DNA of 64,000 nt from Candidatus Enterousia sp. GTDB taxonomy: Bacteria > Pseudomonadota > Alphaproteobacteria > Rs-D84. Both the position numbers and the translations under genes were made by a program. Shown piece by piece: positions 51,313 to 59,609 of this stretch (positions within the stretch are counted from its first letter, which is position 1; every line of letters begins with the position of its first letter). The notes beneath the pieces are model-generated. The model was not told where the DNA came from. It made no database searches and saw nothing but the letters and a program-made list of their open reading frames with translations. The stretch is taken from assembly GCA_045645645.1 (NCBI GenBank), contig JAZRJE010000016.1:30153-94152 (forward strand), in the 5' to 3' direction.

Positions 51313-53190
51313 ATGAAAAAAATTTTATCCTTGGTTGTTGGGTTGATGTTTGTTGTGCCAGCTGTGGCAGATGATGGTAGTGGAATGATGCAGGGAATGG
51401 TTGTACCATTGTCAAAGTCTTCACACGATAGTGGGGCAAAAGCACCCGCATTTCAGAAAGGTTGTGGGATTAATGCTGTTAAGCAGTCTGGTTTCCAAAA
51501 TAAGGATGATAACGAATTCTTGTATGAGAGTGAATCTGTTTATGATATGGTTCCTGATGAAAATGGAACGTATTTAAATTTACCTGGTAGGGTTTGGGAA
51601 TGTGATAATGAATACTGTACTAATCGAACGGTTGTTCAGGCGCCTGCAGGACATTATTTTAAGGGGATTAAACAGACGAAAGAAAATTGGTATAGGTGTT
51701 GGGAAGATGAATGGCACCCGTTTGCATGTGGTGAAGGATATATAAGTTTTGATGGTACGCAACAAGCAACAGATGATGAGTTCTTGTATTCGGATAAAGC
51801 TTCTTTTGAAGCAGCACAAAAGGCTAGTCAACTGGGACAAGATGGGGTGGAAGTATCTGGACAGGTTTGGGAATGTGATAATCGTCATTGTTTAGGACGC
51901 AGTACTAAGAGTATGCCAGCAGGACACTATTTTAAGGGTCAACGAATCGATCAGCCTGTTGAATATAGATGTTATATTGGCGTAGAAGACAGATGGGAAC
52001 CTGTGGTTCAAAATGTTGCCAAGACATGTGGAGAGACTTATATTAGTTTTGATGGAACACAGGGGGCAAAGGATGATGAATTTCTGTATTCTAATAAGGC
52101 TGCATATGATAAAGCTTCAGATGCGCATAGACTAGGTCAAGATGGCGCGGATAATCTGGGGGGATTGGTGTATGAGTGTGATAATGATCATTGCAACAAT
52201 GGAATGATACAACATATGCCGCAAGGTCATGTATTTGAAGGGGTTGTTGTTCAAGAAAAAAGGAGCTATTTGTGCAAAAGTAATATTGCTGGTGCAGATA
52301 GATGGGTTCTGGCTTTAGATCTAGATGATGGTAATGCTGGTGGTACACAGCCTGTGAAAAAAACATGTCGTGAAAAGCGTGGTACAGTAATTGGTAAAGC
52401 ATGTTGTGATGTGCCAGGGCAGGAAGCGTCTTACGATGCGTTGAATGATAAGTGTATCTGTAATGGTAATAAAGATTTTGTTATTGAAAATGAGCGTGGT
52501 GTTTGTAAACCCCGTGGGGGAACAGTTGTTTCAGTTGAATGTCCAGCAGGCAGCAGTGAAGCATACATCACAAACGAATCGTGTATTGGTAAAGGAACTT
52601 TTGAATGTACGTTAACGTCAAATGATGGTGTGACATGTCTATGTGGAAAATGCGTGCCAGAAGAAGATGGTGGTAATGATGAAATTGTTACCCCGTTTGA
52701 ATGTGATGCATTTTTATTAGCACAGATTAATAAATGGGAACAGGAATGCAGTGATGATACGAAATATGCATCCATACTGTCGATAATTATGCGTATTAAG
52801 GAGTATTGTACGGACCCAAATAGAAATCAAACGGGATTTGAGACATTGTATAATTCGTTGTTGCTGTTGAATCCAGAACAATGTGCGGAAAATATGATTG
52901 CTGTTATCGGATATGCAACAGGTCAGGTTCAGTCAGCGGTATCGGATTTGCAAGGATTGGTGTCAACACTAGAAGTTAAAAAATGGAAATCTGCAGAAGG
53001 TAAATTTAACACTGCGCGTTTGGCGTCAGATTCAATTGCTGGTGTTGTTTTGGGAACTGCTGGTGGATTGATTACAAGTAATGTTGTAAAGAAGCATCAA
53101 GTGAAAGAGGGGTTTGAAGATTTAAAGTGCACCATTGGTGGCCAGACGGTTGCATCGTATGGTGATGAATTTATGGTTGGTGTCCAATAA
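51313..53190 (+). CDS. Secreted Cys-rich protein with three ~90-100-aa tandem repeats and a Gly-rich hydrophobic C-terminal segment
   Basis: Signal peptide MKKILSLVVGLMFVVPAVA, with SD GGGGGGA upstream. Repeat unit C.E.YISFDGTQ...DDEFLY....(V)WECDN..C.....MPAGHYFKG....Y.C....RW occurs three times. It is followed by a Cys-dense module (CCDVPGQ...CICNG...CLCGKC). Confidence 0.6.
   Translation: MKKILSLVVGLMFVVPAVADDGSGMMQGMVVPLSKSSHDSGAKAPAFQKGCGINAVKQSGFQNKDDNEFLYESESVYDMVPDENGTYLNLPGRVWECDNEYCTNRTVVQAPAGHYFKGIKQTKENWYRCWEDEWHPFACGEGYISFDGTQQATDDEFLYSDKASFEAAQKASQLGQDGVEVSGQVWECDNRHCLGRSTKSMPAGHYFKGQRIDQPVEYRCYIGVEDRWEPVVQNVAKTCGETYISFDGTQGAKDDEFLYSNKAAYDKASDAHRLGQDGADNLGGLVYECDNDHCNNGMIQHMPQGHVFEGVVVQEKRSYLCKSNIAGADRWVLALDLDDGNAGGTQPVKKTCREKRGTVIGKACCDVPGQEASYDALNDKCICNGNKDFVIENERGVCKPRGGTVVSVECPAGSSEAYITNESCIGKGTFECTLTSNDGVTCLCGKCVPEEDGGNDEIVTPFECDAFLLAQINKWEQECSDDTKYASILSIIMRIKEYCTDPNRNQTGFETLYNSLLLLNPEQCAENMIAVIGYATGQVQSAVSDLQGLVSTLEVKKWKSAEGKFNTARLASDSIAGVVLGTAGGLITSNVVKKHQVKEGFEDLKCTIGGQTVASYGDEFMVGVQ
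51460..52317 (+). repeat. Three intragenic tandem repeats (about 270-300 nt each) within the Cys-rich protein gene
   Basis: Repeat landmarks DDNEFLYE (aa 73), DDEFLYSD (aa 162) and DDEFLYSN (aa 262) of the track ORF. Each is followed by WECDN/YECDN, then AGHYFKG/QGHVFEG, then Y.C...RW. The nucleotide level is also similar (gatgatgagttcttgtattc versus gatgatgaatttctgtattc). Confidence 0.8.
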
Positions 53191-53219
53191 AAATCCCCCC
53201 CAAACAGGGGGATTTTTTT
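53189..53219 (+). terminator. Intrinsic terminator of the Cys-rich protein gene
   Basis: AAAAATCCCCC, loop CCAAACA, GGGGGATTTTTTT. Confidence 0.7.
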
Positions 53220-53226
53220 GTGTAAT

Positions 53227-53259
53227 AAAAATCCCCAAGGAAGGAAATGGGGATTTTTT
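53227..53259 (-). terminator. Intrinsic terminator of dksA; copy B (inverted) of the ~35-nt palindromic element
   Basis: AAAAATCCCC, loop AAGGAAGGAAAT, GGGGATTTTTT. Its reverse complement nearly matches the element at 51211..51246. Confidence 0.7.
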
Positions 53260-53267
53260 ATAACAAC

Positions 53268-53699
53268 TTAATTCTTACGACTTTCGTATTCTTCTTGTTC
53301 TTCAATTGTCATTGTAGCTAACGGACGTGCTATCATACGTTTAATACCGATTTCATCACCAGATACAACACTGAATCCGTATGTACCATTATCAATGCGT
53401 TCCAAGGCTGCATTTATTTTTTGTAGTAATTTATTGTTACGCTCTGATATGCGTAAATCCATAGTTATATCTTGGTTGTATGCAGCATTGTCCGATTCGT
53501 CACCGACACCAGCAGCTTCGGTCTTTTCTGCTAATCGCACTGCGCTTAATACTTCGTCGCGTTCGCTAAGCAGTTCGTCGCGTTGGGTTGTTAATAACTG
53601 ATAAAAGTATGCCAGCTGTTCTGGACACATGTATGGTTCAGATACTTTTGGCTTATAATTAGATGCTAGTTCAATTGTTCTGTAGTTAGCTGTTGCCAT
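53268..53699 (-). CDS. dksA: RNA polymerase-binding transcription factor DksA, Cys-less (zinc-independent type)
   Basis: YMCPEQLAYFYQLL, coiled-coil tip DESDNA (DxxDxA). In the C-terminal YGFSVVSGDEIGIKRMIARPLATMTIEEQ, the canonical CxxC...CxxC is replaced by S..S and T..E. Confidence 0.85.
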   Translation of the reverse strand: MATANYRTIELASNYKPKVSEPYMCPEQLAYFYQLLTTQRDELLSERDEVLSAVRLAEKTEAAGVGDESDNAAYNQDITMDLRISERNNKLLQKINAALERIDNGTYGFSVVSGDEIGIKRMIARPLATMTIEEQEEYESRKN

Positions 53700-54012
53700 T
53701 TTGTAATTCCTTTATCCATTCGATAACTGTGTCTTCATCCATCAGACCACTGCGTGCTTCAATTAATTCACCGTTCTTAAATGCCAGTACAGATGGAATG
53801 CTACGAATACCGTATTTAGCAGGTGTACGTCGATTCGTTTCATCAATTTCGAATTTTACAAAATTTACAGCAGGTATTTTTTCAGATACACTTTCAAAAA
53901 TTGGGCCAAACATACGGCATGGACCGCACCATGATGCCCAAAAATCAACCAGCGTAATACCATTGTCAATCATTGTGTCAAATGTAGTATCGTTTGCATG
54001 TGATAGTGCCAT
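53686..54012 (-). CDS. trxA: Thioredoxin
   Basis: VDFWASWCGPCRMFGP active site. 108 aa. IRSIPSVLAFKNGE. Its 3' end overlaps the dksA start by 14 nt. Confidence 0.95.
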   Translation of the reverse strand: MALSHANDTTFDTMIDNGITLVDFWASWCGPCRMFGPIFESVSEKIPAVNFVKFEIDETNRRTPAKYGIRSIPSVLAFKNGELIEARSGLMDEDTVIEWIKELQNGNS

Positions 54013-54086
54013 GTTTTTCTCCTTATACTTATTGATATTTAGCGAGAGTGTATTATAATCGCCGTAAAATGCAAGAGAAAAACAAA

Positions 54087-55178
54087 ATGAATAAATTCAT
54101 GTACTTAGATGCAGCTGCAAGTATGCTAAAAAGTGATGCTGTAATCAATGCACAGACTGATTTTCTGTGCAATCATTATGCTAATGCAGGACGAGGAGTC
54201 TGTGCAAGATCAACATATGTTGATAATATGTTGACGGATGTAAGACATCGGGTGGCTGAATTTATGAATTCGAATCTAGAAAATATTGTTTTTACGTCTG
54301 GTACAACAGATGCAATGAATCGAATCGCTCATATTTTAAATTTGCAACCAGATGTGATTGTTGCTGTTTCTGATTTGGATCATCATAGTGCACGTGTGCC
54401 CTTTGAAATGTCAGGATCTAAGGTCGTTGTGTGCCCGCTGGATGATAATCTGAATATTGATATAGATAGTATACCTTTTGCGGATGTCTTTGTTATAACT
54501 GCGATGTCTAATGTTTTAGGAGTGGCTCAGAATGTTACAGAGATTGTTCGGGAGGCTCATCAGAAAAACCCAAATGTAATAACAATTGTTGATGCGGCAC
54601 AATATGTTGTTCATGATAAAATAGATGTGAAAAAATGGAATGCGGATTTCGTTGTGTGGTCAGGACATAAAATTGGCAGCGATACAGGTGTTGGGGTTAT
54701 GTATATAAAAAATCCGAATCGGTTTAGACCAGATAAATTCGGTGGTGGAATGGTAAATACGGTGGCACAAGATGGATCTATTTCATTTGTAAATCCACCT
54801 GAGTCATTTGAGGCAGGGACTTTGCCATTAACGCAAATTTTTGGACTGGGATTTGCGATTGATGAAATTGAAAAAAATAGACCAGATTTAGGTTTAATAA
54901 AATATTTGTATGACGAAATGAAAAAAATTAATCGTGTAAAAATAATTTCATCACGTGATGCAGCAATGTTGTCTTTTGTTGTGGATGATATGCATGTGTT
55001 GGATTTTGGGATGATGCTTGGTGCGCATAATGTTTGTGTGCGTGTCGGAAATATGTGTGCGTCATGGATTCATAAAAAGTTAAAATTAGATGGTACTGTT
55101 CGTGTATCAATTGGTGCGTATAATACTCGCGATGAAGTGAAGAAATTTATAAATATTGTTCAAGGAATTATAAAATGA
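54087..55178 (+). CDS. sufS: Cysteine desulfurase (class V aminotransferase, SufS-like, short form)
   Basis: YLDAAAS, FTSGTTDAMN, DAAQ, PLP-lysine motif SGHKIGSDTGVGV, and catalytic-Cys region RVGNMCAS. The start is ambiguous (ATG 54087 or 54069; GTG 54048). Confidence 0.8.
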   Translation: MNKFMYLDAAASMLKSDAVINAQTDFLCNHYANAGRGVCARSTYVDNMLTDVRHRVAEFMNSNLENIVFTSGTTDAMNRIAHILNLQPDVIVAVSDLDHHSARVPFEMSGSKVVVCPLDDNLNIDIDSIPFADVFVITAMSNVLGVAQNVTEIVREAHQKNPNVITIVDAAQYVVHDKIDVKKWNADFVVWSGHKIGSDTGVGVMYIKNPNRFRPDKFGGGMVNTVAQDGSISFVNPPESFEAGTLPLTQIFGLGFAIDEIEKNRPDLGLIKYLYDEMKKINRVKIISSRDAAMLSFVVDDMHVLDFGMMLGAHNVCVRVGNMCASWIHKKLKLDGTVRVSIGAYNTRDEVKKFINIVQGIIK

Positions 55179-55489
55179 CGATTACACGAGAATGTGTTAT
55201 TGATGCAATTAAGACTGTATATGATCCAGAAATTCCAGTTAATATCTGGGATTTAGGATTGATATATGGGGTTGATATTAAAGAAGATGAAATTGTAATT
55301 ACAATGACTTTTACTAGTCCGACCTGTCCGATGATGGAAGAGCTGATGGCGCAATTAAAAGATACAGTGCAGGCAGTTGTTGGTAATTTGAAAGTACGTG
55401 TTGATTTAGTTTGGGATCCACCATGGGATCTATCAAAAATGTCTGATGTGGCACGGTTGGAATTGGATTTGACAGAGCAGGGGTGGTAG
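55175..55489 (+). CDS. DUF59 / SufT-like Fe-S cluster assembly protein
   Basis: VIDAIKTVYDPEIPVNIWDLGLIYGVDI....V.ITMTFTSPTCPM is the DUF59 hallmark. It overlaps the sufS stop by 4 nt. Confidence 0.8.
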   Translation: MTITRECVIDAIKTVYDPEIPVNIWDLGLIYGVDIKEDEIVITMTFTSPTCPMMEELMAQLKDTVQAVVGNLKVRVDLVWDPPWDLSKMSDVARLELDLTEQGW

Positions 55490-55493
55490 TAGA

Positions 55494-55856
55494 ATGACAT
55501 ATTCTGAAATGAAAAATATTTTAATGGCAATTTCTGACCCTGTTGAAAAATTAGAAATGGTTATGGATTTTGGGCGTTTGTTAAGTCCTGTGCCTGATGG
55601 GGCGCTATGTTCTGAAATTTTGGGGTGCGCATCACATGTCGAAATTTGTCGTTATAATAATATTTTTTTTGCACGTGCCGATTCGGCATTGGTGCGTGGC
55701 ATAGTTATGATTTTAATTGAAATGCTGCGTGGTAAGACTGTGGATGAAATTAAGCAAACTGATATAAATGCAGAATTTAAAGAATTGAATATAAATTTGG
55801 GAGCAGGACGTTTGAACGGGCTTAATTCTATGATTAGTTTTTTTCATAATTTATGA
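55494..55856 (+). CDS. sufE: SufE-like cysteine desulfuration (sulfur acceptor) protein
   Basis: 120 aa. EKLEMVMDFGR.L.P........SEILGCASHVEI (conserved Cys) and ADSALVRGIVMILIEML.GKT..EI. Confidence 0.7.
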   Translation: MTYSEMKNILMAISDPVEKLEMVMDFGRLLSPVPDGALCSEILGCASHVEICRYNNIFFARADSALVRGIVMILIEMLRGKTVDEIKQTDINAEFKELNINLGAGRLNGLNSMISFFHNL

Positions 55857-55874
55857 TAAAATGCATAAGAGCAA

Positions 55875-56195
55875 TTGGGGGAGGACGTGTTAAGTGAAGA
55901 TGAGAAAATGTTTCATATAGGTATTTGGGCATTGTGTGCAGTCTTGTTTTTGACTATTGGATTACAAGTTTGTTACAGAACGCAGAATCGCACAAGAAAT
56001 CATGTGCGTAACCAGATTGTTGCCACCCAAAAGCAAATTGCTGATGCTGCAACACGTTTTGAAGGGTTTAAACGACCAGAAAGTTTACGAAACTTGGTCA
56101 GTGGTGTGGTGCCAAACGCCGCACCAATAGGTTATCAAAAATCTGTTTATATTAATGATTTGCCAGATAGGGAACAAAAAAATACAGATGTTTAA
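55875..56195 (+). CDS. Small single-TM protein upstream of ftsI (FtsL-like position)
   Basis: TM at IGIWALCAVLFLTIGLQV, followed by a coiled-coil-like segment. Its stop overlaps the ftsI ATG region. The start is uncertain (TTG 55875, GTG 55887, ATG 55908). Confidence 0.45.
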   Translation: MGEDVLSEDEKMFHIGIWALCAVLFLTIGLQVCYRTQNRTRNHVRNQIVATQKQIADAATRFEGFKRPESLRNLVSGVVPNAAPIGYQKSVYINDLPDREQKNTDV

Positions 56196-57813
56196 CGTTG
56201 GACAGGATATTTTTAAACGTGGTTTTTCTGGATTGCGTGGAGACGTTGACGGTCGTGGACGTATGCATACCGTGTATTTCTGGTTACGGTTGGCGTTTGT
56301 TGCGTTTGTTGGATGTACACTGTTTTACGGGATTGCAGGCAGTGATAAAACAAGGCGTGCAGTTGCGGATGGTTCATGGGCTGTTCATCGTGCAGATATT
56401 GTTGACAGAAATGGTGATATTTTAGCTAAAAATATTGCTTCTGGTCATGTGGTTTTGCGTAATAAATTAGTGAAGGATAAGGAAGCTGTGGCAGCAATGA
56501 TTCATCAGGTGTTTCCTTATGAATATTCTTTAAAAGATGCATTAGATTTGGTTTATTCATCACGCAGAAATATATATCTAAAAAAATATGCAAGTGAACA
56601 TCAGCGTAGCTTGGTGGGTAAAGCACGATTGCCAGGATTAGAAATTGAAACCGTACAAGATAGAAAATATCCTAAGGGACGTATGTGTTCTCATGCGGTT
56701 GGATTTGTTAGTGGCGATGGTCGTGGACTGGAAGGTGCAGAGCGGACATATAATAAGTATTTGACAGAAAATAAAGATGCCTTGCAATTGTCATTGGATG
56801 CACGTGTGCAAGCTGTGTTTTATGACCAGCTGTCAATTGCTATGCAGACATATCGGGCAAAGGCTGCAATGGGTATGTTGATGAATTCGCGTACTGGGGA
56901 AATTGTGGCAATGGTGTCATTGCCAGATTATGATCCAGAAAATATTTCTTTGGATCCAGCACGAAATCGTATGTTTATGCCAATGCGTGGTGTGTTTGAA
57001 ATGGGATCAATATTTAAGATATTTAATACTGCGCTGGCGTTAGAGAATGGTATTAATAAAGAGTATTATGTAAAAGAACCTTTCCCAATAGAAGATAAGT
57101 TTGGGCGTGTTGTTCACAGGGTTAAGGATATTCGTAGTTTTAAACCACCAAGACCAAATTTGACAATTGAAGAAATTATGGTGCATTCATGTAATGTTGG
57201 TAGTGCGCAGATTGCGTTGGATTTACCAGATGGTGCACAGAAGGAATTTTTTGAAAAATTGCACTTTGATGATGCTTTAGATTTAGAATTTGGGCGGACA
57301 GAACGTAGTTTAATGCCACAAAAATGGGGGCCTGTTGAGCGTGCAACTTTATCATATGGTCATGGTATGAGTGTTACACCAATGCATTTGATGCTGGGGG
57401 TGAATGCCGTTACTAATGGTGGTATTTATATTTATCCAACATTGCAAAAACGTGGCTTGGGTGTTGTGCGTGGTGAACGGGTCTTGGATTCGGATATATC
57501 GGCTCGTCTGCGTAAGATTATGGTGCGTGTCAATGAAGAGACAAGTGGTAAAAAGGCACGTGTTGCTGGTATCGAGATTGGTGGAAAAACAGCAACCGCA
57601 GAAAAGTATAGCAATGGAAAGGTGGACAACAAACGCAATTTAACCGCATATGTAGGTATATTTCCCGCAAATGCACCACAATATACAATCTTGGTAATTT
57701 TAGATGAACCTCAGGCAACCAAGGATTCTTGGGGGTGGAAGACGGCCGCATGGAACGCCGTGCCAACAACTGGTAAGATTTTAGACAGTATACTGCCGTT
57801 GCTATTTAAATAA
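56188..57813 (+). CDS. ftsI: Peptidoglycan D,D-transpeptidase FtsI (class B PBP)
   Basis: N-terminal TM, dimerisation domain (R..I.DRNG..LA), and transpeptidase motifs GSIFK (SxxK), HSCN (SxN) and GKTATA (KTG variant). Confidence 0.85.
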   Translation: MFNVGQDIFKRGFSGLRGDVDGRGRMHTVYFWLRLAFVAFVGCTLFYGIAGSDKTRRAVADGSWAVHRADIVDRNGDILAKNIASGHVVLRNKLVKDKEAVAAMIHQVFPYEYSLKDALDLVYSSRRNIYLKKYASEHQRSLVGKARLPGLEIETVQDRKYPKGRMCSHAVGFVSGDGRGLEGAERTYNKYLTENKDALQLSLDARVQAVFYDQLSIAMQTYRAKAAMGMLMNSRTGEIVAMVSLPDYDPENISLDPARNRMFMPMRGVFEMGSIFKIFNTALALENGINKEYYVKEPFPIEDKFGRVVHRVKDIRSFKPPRPNLTIEEIMVHSCNVGSAQIALDLPDGAQKEFFEKLHFDDALDLEFGRTERSLMPQKWGPVERATLSYGHGMSVTPMHLMLGVNAVTNGGIYIYPTLQKRGLGVVRGERVLDSDISARLRKIMVRVNEETSGKKARVAGIEIGGKTATAEKYSNGKVDNKRNLTAYVGIFPANAPQYTILVILDEPQATKDSWGWKTAAWNAVPTTGKILDSILPLLFK

Positions 57814-57857
57814 TTTTCTATTATAATAAGCCTGATAATAAAAAAAGAGTAAAGTGC

Positions 57858-59606
57858 GTGAAAAAAATAGTAGAAAAATCCATGCTGGGGCAAGCATGGG
57901 TGTTGCCAGTGTATTCAGAAGTAGATGAATTTGATAAAGATGATTTGGTTAATAAGATATTAATCAGTCGAGGGGTTTTGAATGTAGAAAAGTTTTTAAA
58001 TCCCAGTATCAAAGAATATATGCCAAATCCGTCGGTGTTGTCTGATATGGATAAGGCTGCTTCTATTATAGCAGATGCGGTTCTTGCTGGAGATAAAATC
58101 GCTGTTTATGGTGATTATGATGTTGATGGTATCACGTCAACCGCTATTTTTGTAAAGTATCTGCAGGCGATAGATGCAGATGTCATATGGCATTTACCCA
58201 CGCGTGAAGGGGAAGGGTATGGTTTGAATGTGGCTGCAATTGATGAAATTGTAGCATCTGGTGCGAAATTATTGATTACAGTTGATTGTGGTATCAGTGG
58301 AAATGTTGAAGTTAAACATGCTATAGAATGTGGATTGCGTGTCGTTGTTACTGATCATCATTCGCCAGATGCTGTGTTGCCAGATGCAGATGCTATTGTT
58401 AACCCAAAGCGTACAGATGATAAATCTGATTTACAATATTTGGCTGGTGTTGGTGTTGCTTTCTTGACATTGGTGGCTGTTAATAGAGAATTAAAATCTA
58501 GAAATTTATCACCAGATATTAGAGAAAAGTTGGATGCTATTAATTTATTGAATTATATGGATTTGGTGGCATTGGGAACGATTTGTGACACAATGCCGTT
58601 GGTTGGTTTAAATCGTGCATTTGTTGCAACAGGACTGAAAGTTCTGGGGTTGCGACAGAATCTGGGATTGCGTGTTTTGATGGATGTTGCTGGTATAAAA
58701 AAACCATCTGTTTATGCAGCAGGATTTGCACTGGGACCAAGATTAAATGCAGCAGGTCGGTTAGATTCTGCGTCGCCAGCACTAGAATTATTGTTGACTG
58801 ATAATCCTCTAATTGCTCATGATTTGGCAGAAAAGTTACATCGTATGAACCAAGAACGCATAGATATTCAAAATGCGATTATGCTGCGTGTAACAGAGAT
58901 GGCAGAACATTGCTGTGCAAATGGTAATTGTAGTTTGTTTTTATGTGGTGATAATTGGCATGGTGGTGTGATGGGGATTATTGCAGGACGCTGTAAGGAT
59001 AAGTATAATTTACCATCATGTGTCGCAACAAAGTCAGATGGCGTTATTAATGGGTCTGGACGTTCAATTCCAGGGGTTGATTTAGGTAAGATTATTCATG
59101 ATGCTTTGGCGGCAGGTATTGTTTCAGAAGGTGGAGGGCATGCAGCGGCGGCGGGATTTTCTTTGCCTGCGGAAAATGAACAGGCGTTTTGTAAATTCTT
59201 AGAAAATGCAGTGCGTGAACAATTGAATGGTCATGCCCCAGAAAGAGAAATTTTGGTTGATGCGCAAATGGATGCAGGTGGTGCAACAATGCGTTTGATT
59301 AAAAAATTAAATGCATTAGAGCCTTTTGGACAGGGAAATCCAGAGCCGACATTGGTATTGTATGGTGCGTCATTGCGGCATGTTGCTGTTATGGGCAGTG
59401 GGGCTCATTTGCGCGGAACTGTTGCAACCAGTGCAGGTACAAATTTGTCTTTTGTTGGGTTTAATTTGGTCGGTACACCTGTTGGGGATTTTTTACTGGA
59501 CGATGGTAATATCAACGCTAAAATACTAATGTTGGGAAAATTAAAAGAAAACGAATATAATGGACGGGTGACGGCACAGTTTGTTGTAGAGGATATTGCG
59601 GTATAG
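57858..59606 (+). CDS. recJ: Single-stranded-DNA-specific exonuclease RecJ
   Basis: IAVYGDYDVDGITS, LLITVDCGIS, VVVTDHH (DHH), DLVALGTICDTMPL, LGPRLNAAGRL, GGGHAAAAG (DHHA1). GTG start. Confidence 0.9.
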   Translation: MKKIVEKSMLGQAWVLPVYSEVDEFDKDDLVNKILISRGVLNVEKFLNPSIKEYMPNPSVLSDMDKAASIIADAVLAGDKIAVYGDYDVDGITSTAIFVKYLQAIDADVIWHLPTREGEGYGLNVAAIDEIVASGAKLLITVDCGISGNVEVKHAIECGLRVVVTDHHSPDAVLPDADAIVNPKRTDDKSDLQYLAGVGVAFLTLVAVNRELKSRNLSPDIREKLDAINLLNYMDLVALGTICDTMPLVGLNRAFVATGLKVLGLRQNLGLRVLMDVAGIKKPSVYAAGFALGPRLNAAGRLDSASPALELLLTDNPLIAHDLAEKLHRMNQERIDIQNAIMLRVTEMAEHCCANGNCSLFLCGDNWHGGVMGIIAGRCKDKYNLPSCVATKSDGVINGSGRSIPGVDLGKIIHDALAAGIVSEGGGHAAAAGFSLPAENEQAFCKFLENAVREQLNGHAPEREILVDAQMDAGGATMRLIKKLNALEPFGQGNPEPTLVLYGASLRHVAVMGSGAHLRGTVATSAGTNLSFVGFNLVGTPVGDFLLDDGNINAKILMLGKLKENEYNGRVTAQFVVEDIAV

Positions 59607-59609
59607 ATT

